64,000 nt of DNA, taken from NCBI GenBank assembly GCA_016748015.1, contig JAAOMT010000352.1, positions 744,001 to 808,000 on the forward strand. Reading direction: 5' to 3'. The stretch is from Geosiphon pyriformis uo1 (lineage: Eukaryota > Fungi > Glomeromycota). The notes beneath the pieces are model-generated. The model searched no databases. It was not told the origin of the DNA and saw nothing but the letters and a program-made list of their open reading frames with translations. Made by a program: the position numbers and the translations under genes. Positions 51,238 through 63,100 of this stretch are shown here, piece after piece (position 1 is the first letter of the stretch; every line of letters begins with the position of its first letter).

Positions 51238-54200
51238 CTGACTAGTAAAGCCAGCAAGCATATAAGAGTCAGGATGCCATACTTTAACCATAGCATTTCA
51301 GTCCACACATCCAATCAGATCACTCAAAACAACATCTTGGCCAGGACCAGCCTTCCAATAAGCATGACAAATAAACCAAAACATGTTCCTAACAAAATGA
51401 TGGGCATTGCCAAAAATAGTCATATTCTCAGCTATCAAAAAATTTTTACACACTCTCACAGGCAAAGAAAACTTAAAACACGTAGTATAACCAGCAGCAG
51501 CATCAGCCTCCATATTATCCATAACTTCAGAATGGCTCTTGATCTTCACCTATCTTACATTAAGATTTTTATTTCTAATTAAATTAAAAATGTGACATCT
51601 CTCTATCCAGCATGGAACACAAAAGTCCAACATAGCCAAAGACATTTTGGATATACACATATCAATAACAGTCTGGCTGTTAAGATACAATACTACTATA
51701 CAAGAGGATGGGATGCACTCCAATACCAGAGTGACCACCTGCAACTCAGATAAAGTAGAAAACAATAGACCTCAAACTTTAACACCAACACTCATATTTA
51801 CAGAAAGAAAATATGCAGTCATGCTGTCAGCAATATTAGCAGTTCTAGCATCTCTTAACAAACCATTTGTGTAGACATCAAACAAACCAGACCATATTTC
51901 ATGCAAACCACTTTGAATATCAGAGAACTCCATAGAATTCAGAACATCCAGCTCAGGTGGAAGACCACTCTTAGCAGGAACAACCAAAAAAGAGTCTATA
52001 TCCAACAAAAACTTTGTAACAGTCACAAACCAGAAAGGAACAAGGCCTTTTAGATCCAATTTTTTCCAATAATAAAAGGTCTTCCAATCCATTACTCTAC
52101 TCTTTTTATCAAACAGTCTATTACCAAAAGTAATACCAAAATGCTTCAATGAACAAACCGAGCCAAAGTAAAGAGTATTTCCCAATACAGAAGATATAGG
52201 AAATACACCAGAACTGTAAAAAGCACTTGACAAGTTGTTAGCTAAAGACAGCCCATTATCCAAGAAAATCTTAACCACACCAGCCAGAAAATTGTTTACA
52301 GAACTAACACATAACTTAACAAAGAACTGTAAGAGGTTCAGTGGAGTCCAACCCAGAATCTGCAAATCCAAAAATCTATGATTGAATAAACACCCAAAAA
52401 TGCCAGAAGCATTGGAAAATAAAACCACAGCAGCCGATTTACATTCTGACTGCAATTGTTCAAAAAACTTCAATCCATATAACAAGGAGTAATATAATAC
52501 ATTGACTAAAAAATCATGTGGCAAATGTGCTTTAGACCTAAGACCTTTCCAAACCAAAGCATCCCACTTGCAACAAACCCCCAATAAAACAAAACCAAAC
52601 TGGGTCCTGTAGCTAACAATGGACTGCAGAACAGCCAAAACCAAATAAGAGAACTGCTTGTCAGCAATAATCTTCTTTAGTACCACATTAACAAAAAAGT
52701 GCATATTAGAATGAGCTTTGGTTACACTTAGCTTAAACAACTCTTTAATAGACAGAAAAATACTCAAGTATCTATAAATCTCACTCTTTCTAGCTATTGA
52801 AATTGGCTGACCACTTATGCTCAAAGAAGCCATTTTAACATCTTGATTAATAGAAATGGCCACAGTTTTTTTATTGTTAATAGAAATGTTATTAATTGTG
52901 AAAAACTCACTAGCAATATTCAGAGCATACTGCATTGATGCTTAACAATTACTAATTCAAATTGTATTATCTACAAATGCACTTGCAGCAAAAAAGGAAG
53001 ATAACCTGCCACCAGCTTCAATTCTACCAGTTCTTGCAACAAACTTAATGTCAATTCAATAACCACACAAATGCTTATGTCTCTTGACTTTACATAGAAG
53101 AGAATCATAGAAGATTCTTCAGAGAAAAGGTGAAAAGACCTCATCCTGATCTAAGCCGTCACAAATCCTGTATCCATTAGTAAGACCAAAATTGGTCATA
53201 ACTCTATTAATCCTGTTACCATGTATGCCACTAAAGAATCTGATGAACCTATCACACATTTTGATCTGATATAAACTAGTCTTCAAGTAATGCCAACTTA
53301 CAGAATTATAGGTCTTGCGTATATTCTAAAGAACCAACCAAAGTTCACAATCTTTTTCAAGAGCATTTTTAACAACTAAACCAACTGCAAACACAGGGGA
53401 TTGGATAGATGTATTCTTCAAAATGAAAAAGTTATCACCACAAAGAACACCAAACTTGCTATATGCAAAAGAGATCCTATCAGAAAGAATCTTAGAGAGA
53501 ATCTTTCTGGCAGTCTTGATCAAAGCTATAGGCTATGTATTTGTAAGAACTCCATCCTAATTGTAAGGTTTAAGAATCATTGAAACCCAAGCCCTTCTCC
53601 ATAAAACAAGAACACTACTAATCAACAAACATGCATTCAACAATCTCAAAAGATATTCCAACACTCCTTTGCTACCATGTTTTCAAAGTTCATTAGGTAT
53701 ACTGGACAAGCCAGCAGCTTTACCATCAGACAGACCATTGACAACCAAGATTAACTCACTTAAACTGATAGCACTCATCATATTAGAAAAGACACAATCT
53801 TGCACATAATTCAATAGAGCATATTGATGAGCCCAGAGGTCAGGCACTACCAAAGGCACTGTTTGTTTCCTAGTCCAATCCTCTATAATCCTATCCACAT
53901 TGAGCTTCACTTCCTCAGGTTCCAAAATTAAATCATCATTCACCATTAAGTAATCCAGAACTACTTTGCAAAAAAGCTAATCCAAAATGCTTCTGATTAT
54001 GCTACCTTTGTCAGAACAGAAATTTTCCATGTGCTTTGAGATTGCCAATCTAATAAAAGTCTCCTTAGCCAATTTTGACTCATACATCTTAGATCTTCTG
54101 TATTCTTTATGAACCAACAACAAATATCCAAGAACCACTTCAGACTTCTCACCCAAGCCAACCAAATCAGCAAAAGCATGAGCCCTAATGCTATCCAATG

Positions 54201-55280
54201 TCGACCATGTCCTCACAAGACAATTAACTTTAAGCAAGTCACCTGAACCAAACTTTTTAACAATTTTGGCAATTAACAATTCCAAACCAAAGAACTTAGA
54301 AAAAAATTTATCTTTAGAACAATAAAATTCACTAAACCAATGACTCGAAAATGTCTCATCAGCTGATTCCACTATTATCCTCTTCAAAACTGCCCACATA
54401 GCATCCACATCACTATGAGTTTCAGCACCAAAAAATTCATCAACAACTGCCAAAAGTTTGGCAGAAAGGCAATCCCTAAATTCAGTCCACTTGGGACTAT
54501 TAGCATCTTTGATTTTGAACTTCCACTGATCCTTGTTAGCCTGTTTGCACAAGCTATTCAACTGAACCTCTAGGAGTCCATCCAAGCCAATTGAAACCAA
54601 AACAGCATTATGATCAGTATCAAAAAAACCAGACACAAAGCAGACCTAATGACCAGCAATGGCAGAAAAAAGATTACTGCTGATAAAAATAAAATTAATT
54701 GTCTTTTCAACTCCCTGAGAATTGTTCCATGTGGGAGCTTTTACTATATAATGACTAGTAAATGAATTGACCAAACCCAGATTTAAACAGAACTTGAACG
54801 TCACACTCCTTTTAGATCTATTCTTATTAAAATTCCCATCCAAAACCACAAAAGTACTAGAGTTAACAGCTTCTGCAATTACAGAGTTTACTTCTAAAGC
54901 TTGACGAATCTGATCTCAGAAAAGACATCAGCATACAAACCCAGAACCATGACTGAAAGCTTGCCCTTAAACAAAAGCCAAATTGAAATAATTTGGCCAG
55001 GAACCTCCTTAATCTTAGACATGTGGCAAGCCAAAAAATTGTTCATAATCACAACAACCCCAATACCAAAAAAACTTTTATCCAAACCAGATGTAAAGAC
55101 ATGCACACTTTCAAACTTATCAGCAATTCAAGGCTTGAAACTGGATCTCAATTTTGTTTCTATAATAATAGAAACCATATTTTCGGACTTTTTGTGCCAA
55201 TGAACAATGTCTTCTTGCTTAGCAGAGACATTGAGACTTCGAACATTACATGTAGCAAACTTTCACACTAACTCCATCAT
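51238..55280 (-). pseudogene. LINE c ORF2 (APE-RT-RNaseH part)
   Basis: ORFs 54894..55106, 53977..54636 (DTDH), 51772..52935, 51298..51765. Confidence 0.9.
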
Positions 55281-57130
55281 TGAGAAGAAAGTGCAGCAGA
55301 AACCAAACCAGCATTGTTTATTTTGGCTGAAAGGCCCATAACCATAATTACAAAATTCTTCAAAGTGTTTTCTATTTTCCCAATAACAGAAGAATTAAAA
55401 ATCACTGCTCTTGTAACAGTCTCACCACCAGTGACCACATCTGAACTTTCACTCATTACTATATTCACCCCTTGATTCTGCAATAAAGGGGTTACCAACA
55501 GTTAACATCTAGGATTAAGCTGAGAAACTATTGGTTCAGGTGTTTTCAACCTTTTAGCCAGCATATCAACATGCTCTGCAAGACTGGCAAGACTGTTCTT
55601 AAGAGCAGCAAACCTATCATTGATTTCATTTGCAACTGGTAGGAATGACTTTATCTCCAAAGAGAAGCCAATATTTGATGAAACAACTCAGCCAAAGAGA
55701 GGAAAAGAAGATGACCCATTTGCAACTTTTGTTCAAAAAAGGCCACTAAAAGAAATGGGATGAGCAACTGGAGCAGAATGTTTGGCATATATTACAGCCA
55801 GTCTGTTTTTATCTGTATCTGAAAGCACCTTATGCAATGAACTACCAGAAGAAATCTTTCCACCCTTAGCACAGTCTAATGACATATGACCTGACTTCTT
55901 ATACTTGGCACATCTGGCAGAAACAAGACTAGACCAACGTAAATTAGTGCTTTTGAGCACTGGTATAGTCCTCATGGCAGCATCTAATAATTCAGCAGAA
56001 TCGAAACAAACAACAGTACATCTGACTCAAGCATATATAACTGGATAACAATTGATAACACAAGTTTTCCCACTCACAGATCTAACAAAGTCCCAAATGT
56101 CATGAACATTAGTTTCCATTGGCAATGTATAAAGCAGTGCCCTATGATGATCTCTCACATTCCATGTTTTTTTGTCTAAATTAGCTCTGGCAACATACAT
56201 GGCATTCTTTCCAATTAGGATAGACCACTTAGCTGCAACCAAGTCAGCATGATCTGATTGCTCAAATTCAACTATTGCTTTCTGTCACAGTCCCATCAAT
56301 TGCATTTTGATCGACTTAATTATTTCAAACTTGATTAGTGCAGCACGCACAGCCTCTGCTGATGTTTCAACTGGAATTTTTTTAACTACCATAGTCCAAT
56401 CTGAGCGAGTATTTAATTTTTTGAGATTAGTGTTTACCAAAATGTCTGCTGCTCTTGTTTTTTTTATAGCCTGCACCAAGCTAGCTTTAGAAGTGAAGGA
56501 AGCATAGATAATCCCAGAAAATTTTGAGAGAGTAGAGGCCTCCCCAAAACCATTGACTTTTAAAAACAATCTTTTAACTATCATCAGCTTCTCTTAAGAG
56601 GATTTTCCAACCACTTTATTCAAGCTGATATTCAAAGCAAAAGACTTTCTAACAGAAATAGGAACCAAATTTTTCAAGGAAGAGGGAAGTTCTAAGAGAG
56701 CATTCGAGAGAATATTATTATCAATATCAAGATTTAAGAAATTTATCTTTCCTAATAACTTGTCCAAAGTTTTCTTAATTTTGACACCTGGCTTTTTAGG
56801 TGTTTGATCATGATTCTTATCAGTGATAATGCCACTTTTACTATAGTCAAAACTAGTTTTTTCTATTAGACATTTCTCCTCCATATTAATACTCTCAGAC
56901 TCAGTAGTGTCACCAGTTTCAGAACTCCAAGAACAACCACCAGATGCCTTAGTTAAAATTCTTCTGCCACCAATACCCTCTTCCAAAGTGACACTTTTTC
57001 TTTTTTTCCTAGACAAAACAGGCTTGAAACCACCACCAGAATCAGACTTTTTAGCAATCTTCTTTATGACGGCAATACTAGGGTCAATGGTAGTTTCGAA
57101 ATCAAAAAACAGTTTGGTTTTATCATACTG
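55277..57130 (-). pseudogene. LINE c ORF1, fragmented
   Basis: ORFs 56594..57208, 56285..56584, 56027..56242, 55733..55975 (CAKYKKSGHMSLDC), 55277..55498. Confidence 0.87.
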
Positions 57131-57279
57131 AATATTGAAAAAACTTCTTTCAAAAAACTTTTGACTTTTTCTGGAAATTTGAAATGAATGAAAAAAAAAA
57201 GTTTCCAATTTTTATTATTATTTACTTTTAAATAAATTTTTAATTAATTAAAATAAATAAAAAATAATATTAAAACTAA

Positions 57280-58029
57280 AGTATTATAATAAAATTATTA
57301 ACAAATTTATTTGTATTTATTTATTAAATAATATTGTTATTTATTAACTAAATTTTTTAAAAGAATAATTTTTGATCAAATTTATTTATATTATTATTAA
57401 TTAAATTAAAATTTTACTATAAAATAAAAAAAATGCTTAATATTTTGTATTTTTAAATTAAAAAAACATTTTAGATAATTGTAAAAATAGTTTTTAAAAA
57501 AAATTTTAACAGAAGCAAATAAATTTTTAAAAAAAAAATATAAATATAAAATAATAATTAAAACTTAAAAAAAAACTTATATTATAATATTAATAAAAAA
57601 ATTTTATTAATAGTTATAATCAAAAACTATTGTTTTAATGCTCTTAGAATTTTTAAATAAATATTTTTAGTAAGATAAATATTAATTTATAAAATTTATA
57701 TAATAAATAATTTATTGTGATTTTTATTAAAAAAAACTTTACTATATAATAAATATTAAATTTTTAATTATTAAAGTTATTTAAATTTTTTTTAAATAAA
57801 ATAATTGTTATTTTTTTTGTTTTTATTGCTATTATTATATATATATATATTTTTATAATACGAAATTTTAGTAATTTTTACATTTTTCTAATTTATTATT
57901 GGAATTTTTGGTATTTTTAAAATTTTTAAAATTTTTAATATTATATTATTTATTAATTTCGAATATATAATTGGCTAAATTATATTATATTTAACTATTA
58001 ATTATTTTTTAATTATTTTATAAATAACA
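57280..58029 (-). repeat. Hyper-mutated relic LTR related to family A
   Basis: 57606-57640 aligns to 10301-10335 with only C>T/G>A changes; attggctaa ~57970 and terminal ataaca 58029 match the LTR end; left edge uncertain. Confidence 0.65.
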
Positions 58030-58287
58030 ATATATTGCTTTTATTAAAATTATTAATATTAATTTTTTATAATACTTGTCTAATAAAGAAATTTTTTTTA
58101 ATATTATGTTAAATTTTTAAACTTTTAAATAATTATTTTTATTTATAATATAAAAACTTTTTTCTCTCTTTCGTCCCAAATTCCTGAAAAAGAGTCAAAT
58201 TTTGAAAGTAGTTTTTTCTGTTTTTGCATACTGTCTTCCAATATTTCACAAGAATCAAACTCTTTTGTTGTTGGTCCGGCTGCCACT

Positions 58288-60129
58288 ATGAGTGGTCCTA
58301 GTGCTAAGAAAAAGTCTGCCAGAGTCTTGACTGCTGGTTCAGTTGGTAGTGATTCAACTCAAAAAGTCAAAAAGCCTCTCAGTGGTGTTAAACTTTTAAG
58401 TACGGATAAGAATCTCAAAGATGGTAGACCTGTTAGTATAGACGGGCAACCTATTAGCATGGATACAAATGGAGAAGTCTTTGATAGTAAAGTCACCTCT
58501 GACTCCCAAATGAATACACCCAATGCGAAGCATTTTAATACTGGTACGGCTATCAGTTCCCTTCTTGGCTCTATTAATTATGACATGAATGATAAAGAGG
58601 AAGTTTTTCTTCCTCTCTGTTTGTCTTTCTCTTTGGAAAAGGTATGGGTGGACCCCAAAATTGTTAAAACTCAGGTGGAAGTAGCTGTAAAAAAATCTTT
58701 TGCTTTGAACATCAATCTTTTGGCTGTGGAAGAGAAATCGGCAACGGCTAAAACTCAAGTTGTAAGGATATTATTTTCAAGAATCAATGGTTTTGGGAGG
58801 ACCACTACCCCCTCAAAATTTGAAGAGATTATTAGATCGACGTTTACTTTATCAGAAAGCATGGAGAAGGCTGCCTCATTGGCCAAGAAAAATGACATTA
58901 TAGTAAACAGTGATCTTAAGAGACAAGGAGTTTGTTCAGATCGGGCAGTGGTCATTAAGGAAATTCCTATGGATATGCCAAAAAAAATGATTGTCACCGC
59001 CATGTCTGAATTTGGTCAAGTGGTGTCAATCTGATTGCAACTCATTGGGCTGTGGCAAAAGACTATGGTGGAGTTTACCGAATTAAGTCAAGCAGATCAG
59101 TTGGCAGCTAAGTGGTCATTCTTAATTGGAAAAAATTCAGTGCATGTGGCCAAGACTGTGCAGGATCGTAAGATGTGGACATCTAGAAATCAGTATAGAG
59201 CACTTTTGTTTACTTTGCCAATGAGAACAATGGCTCATGATCTTGGCAATCTTTTGGTGAGGGCTGGTGGGAAAACTTGTGTCATAAATTGTTCTTTAGA
59301 CACTGACAATAGGATTTGTTGTGCTGTGATTTGTTTTGAGAATGATAAGGATTTGGAGTCTGCGTTTTGTATGGAACCTGTTTTTGGTGGGATGAAACTT
59401 TCTTGGGCTAGATTGGACCTGGTTCGGTGTGAACGGTGTAGGAAACTTGGTCATTCAGTTCTGAAGTGTGATGCTAAGGTCTCACATTCTCCTAAACTTT
59501 CCAAGTCATTTAAAAAGATTGTCTCTAATGAGAACTGCCTCCAGTTGGCCAAGCTATATGCAAAAAAAAGTGTGCCTATTTCCAGACTGGCTGCATTCAG
59601 TGGCAAATCATGGGCCCAGGTTGTCTCTCTAGCATCTTCATTTAATGGTTCTCACTTTGGTTTTGGTCCTGATTTTGACTCTTTTCCTGGCACCTCAGGT
59701 TTGGTTGGTAACTTGTCTCTTGCAGGTCCTGTTAGTTCGATTTTGGAAACTTGTCTCACTTCTCTGGAGCACTCTTTGGAACTTCTCATAGATAAGGTGT
59801 CCAGTATTGTTGGCAAACTTGATAGTTTAAGCCTGGTGCCCTTGGCTCTCGCCTTCTCTTCTCAGCCCTTGGTTGCCCCTGGTTCAGTTGATACAAAATT
59901 CAGTTCGGATATGGTTTTAGATGAACCTGATTTTGTGGTTGATCCTCCTTTTTTGATTTCCTTTGGTGCCTTAAGGTTGGATTTGAGTAGTTCAAAAATT
60001 CTGACTTCGAAAGTGGGCTGCTTGGAGTCAAAGATGGTGGCTCTTGAAGCTTTGGTTAGTTTGGTATTGGAGAAGTTAGATTAGATGTGTGCTGGCTCAG
60101 ATTCTGAAGTCTCTTTTGTACCTCAATGA
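58288..60129 (+). pseudogene. LINE d ORF1 (RRM-like, CCHC CERCRKLGHSVLKC, coiled coil), two internal stops
   Basis: ORFs 58288..59034 and 59035..60084 are in frame and continue to TGA 60127-60129. Confidence 0.9.
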
Positions 60130-63100
60130 ATGATTTAGTATGGAAAATAGCCACATGTAATGTCAAGGGAATGAACAATTTAGTGAAGCAAGAGGACATT
60201 ATACATTGGCACAGAGATTTGAACAATTTAGTTTCGATTGTTACTGAGACAAAGTTGAAAGATAAGGTTTGGCCTTGGATTACTACCAAATTCGATGGTG
60301 TTCGGGTCTTCACTTCTGGTTTGGATTCTGGTTATCTTGGTTCTGGTGTGGTGATTGTCATGAACAATTCTTTGGCAAGGCACGTTTTCAAGGTTTCTAA
60401 GGTGCCTGGTCGGCTCCTCTCCGTCAGACTTCTCTTCAAAAATAAACTTTTGGTTTCTGTTTTGGGTCTCTATGCTGGTGCATCTTCAGGTGTCCAATTC
60501 TTACAGGCTGGCAACATTAATTCTTTGATTGCTAAGACAGTAAATGAATCATCTTTTGTGGTCTTGGGAGGTGACTTCAATGAGGATGGCATTCGTAAGA
60601 GTGCCAGTTTCAAAAAGTGCTTTGATTTGGGTCTGGTTAATGTTTTGGGTAGAAGTGTGCTTGCAAAGACACTGACATGGGGTAACTCTCATGGTGTTGT
60701 CAAGACCATTGACTATATGTTTGTCTTTTCGAGCTTGATCAATGCTGTGGCAGATCGTGGTGTGACTGGTGTCGAGGACTTTTTCGATACTGATCATAAG
60801 GCTGTTTCTGTTTCTGTGGGCTTGGATGGCTTACTTGACTCTCAGCTGAATTTGATGTGCAAGCAGGCTAATAAAGATTGTTAGAAGTTTGATTTCAGAA
60901 ATGCTGGTGAGAAAGGGTGGAACAATTTTAAGAATGCTACATTGGCTAATGGCCTAACGTTCTCGAGTGATTTTGCTGCTTCTGCGGAATCTTCAGATTT
61001 GGATGCTATGTGGGACATTGTATGTAAAGTAATGGTTCTCTCAGCAGTTGGAACATTCAAAAAAAAATGGTTTAAGGATTATGATAAGGTTTTTACCAAG
61101 AGTTCTTCTAGGTTTCACAAGCTTGAGTTGTTGGTATCCAAGCTGGTCAAGGCGTCTTGTTTGTTGTCTAGTGTAGAATTTGCGTCATTGTTGAATATGT
61201 GGGAGAAGCTCAATGTTAATGGTGCTTCGGTAGTGAAGTCTTTATTTCTTTCAAGTTCCAGTTTTGACAGGATTCGCTCGGCTTTGGCTAAGATGAGGAA
61301 GTCTTACCACTTTGCTAAGTTGTTGGAATCCAAATGCGCTGAAGAATCCCGTATTAGGGCGGCTATTGATAGAAGGATGGAAAGTTTTGAATCAGACAAG
61401 GGTTACACTATCAGGAGTGTTTTGGAGCGTTCCTTTCACAAAATGGTACTGGATCATCTGGTTGTGAGTGACAAGTTGATTTTGGAGCCCAGCTTGGTCA
61501 AGGCTAGGGTGGATGGAATCATGGAAGGCTGGACCAGGAAGTGCAAGATGGTGCCAGATATCTCTGATATTTGGTCTTACCAGTACATGTCTTTAAAGCA
61601 TGTTTTCGATGGTGCATTTTCTGGTGTGATGAGTCCTGTTGGTTTTAATGAGTTGTTCAGTGTGGTTTCTGGTCTGCCTGAGGGCAAGGCTGCTGGTCTC
61701 TCTGAGATTTCAAATGAGCTTTGGAAGCACTGTGACAGATCAATTTTGGACATGCTTTTGGTACTTTTAAATTCTTGTTTGATTCGTGAGTCAATACCTA
61801 GTGCTTGGAAGGAAGCCTGGGTCTCAATGATCTCCAAGCCATATGAGTGGGAAGGAGTTCTTATGAACATCTGACCTATTGCCTTGATTGAGACTGCCTG
61901 CAAGATCCTTTCCAAGATTCTTTCAGATAGGATCTCATTGGCTTGTAGTACTTTTGACGTTCTGCGTGGGGACAATTTCTCGGTTTTAAAGGGTACGACA
62001 ACCCAGTCTCCCATTTTTGCCATTGGTTCAATTATTGAGGATGCTTTGGAGAAGAATCGTGAGCTCTGGTTGGTCTTGCAAGACATGCGGAAGGCTTATG
62101 ACTCTGTTGGGTGGGAACACCTTCAGGACAGTTTGGTTAGGATAAAAATATGTCGCAGGTTCATTAGGTTCTTTGGCAGCATCCACAATGGTCACGTTAA
62201 CAGAGTTATGACGGATTTTGGTTTGACAGATGGGTACGAGGTGCATAATGGCTTGGACCAGGGGGAGGTGTTTTTACCACTCCTCTGGTGTATATTTTAT
62301 GATCCTCTTTTGTGTGAAGTTAAGAGACAGGCAGATGAGTGTGGTTATAGATTGAATTCTCATTTTATTTCTGAATGTGGTCATGCTGAGTCTTGGGCTA
62401 GTGTATTCTCATTTTTCACAGCGGGTGCTTTTGTTGATGATACTATCTGGGTTGGCAGCAGTCAAAGTGCTACACAACACATTCTCAACATTGCTAGTGA
62501 ATTTTTCAGTATCAATGACATCTCAATTAATAATGATAAGACTGTTACCATTCTCATTAATTGTGATGGTACGGCTTCCTCTTTGCTGATTAGCAGGTCA
62601 CCCATTTCTATTGCCAAGAAGGGGGAATCGCATCACTATTTGAGGATCTATTTGTCAACTGAGGGTCTTTCGAAGCCTAGCTTGGCTAAGGTGCATTCTG
62701 ATATCCGGTTTTTTTCTAATTTAGTCCTGAAAAAGACAGTATCTGATAAGCAATTTTCATATTTGGTTTTGGCGGTCCTCTTTCCTATCATTGGATATAG
62801 GACACAGTTCAGTTACATTCCTATTAGTGCTTGTGGAAAGTGGGACACTTTGATTTGTAAGGGCTTGAGATCTAAGTCTGGTTTGCCACGTGATTTCTCC
62901 AATGATGTGATTCATCATCCCTCTCTGTATGGTTTGAAGACTTTTGAATAGGTTCAAGCTGAGAGCAAGATGGCTTCGGTCGTTTCCTTCACGAACTCTG
63001 TTGGGATTTTGGGGCATCTATTTTCTCACTGGTCACATGATCTTCAGGTCTTCTGCTGGCACCCACTACATTCTTTGCAGTGTCCGGTTCGTGTCAAGGT

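Larger units (their letters stand above)
40441..57205 (-). mobile_element. Full-length LINE copy c, split by LTR element D; (TAA)n-type 3' tail
   Basis: 3' part 40441-41222, 5' part 51238-57205; AGFTS|QKSSGLHTYLIKAVH reads through once D is removed; ends approximate (low complexity). Confidence 0.9.
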
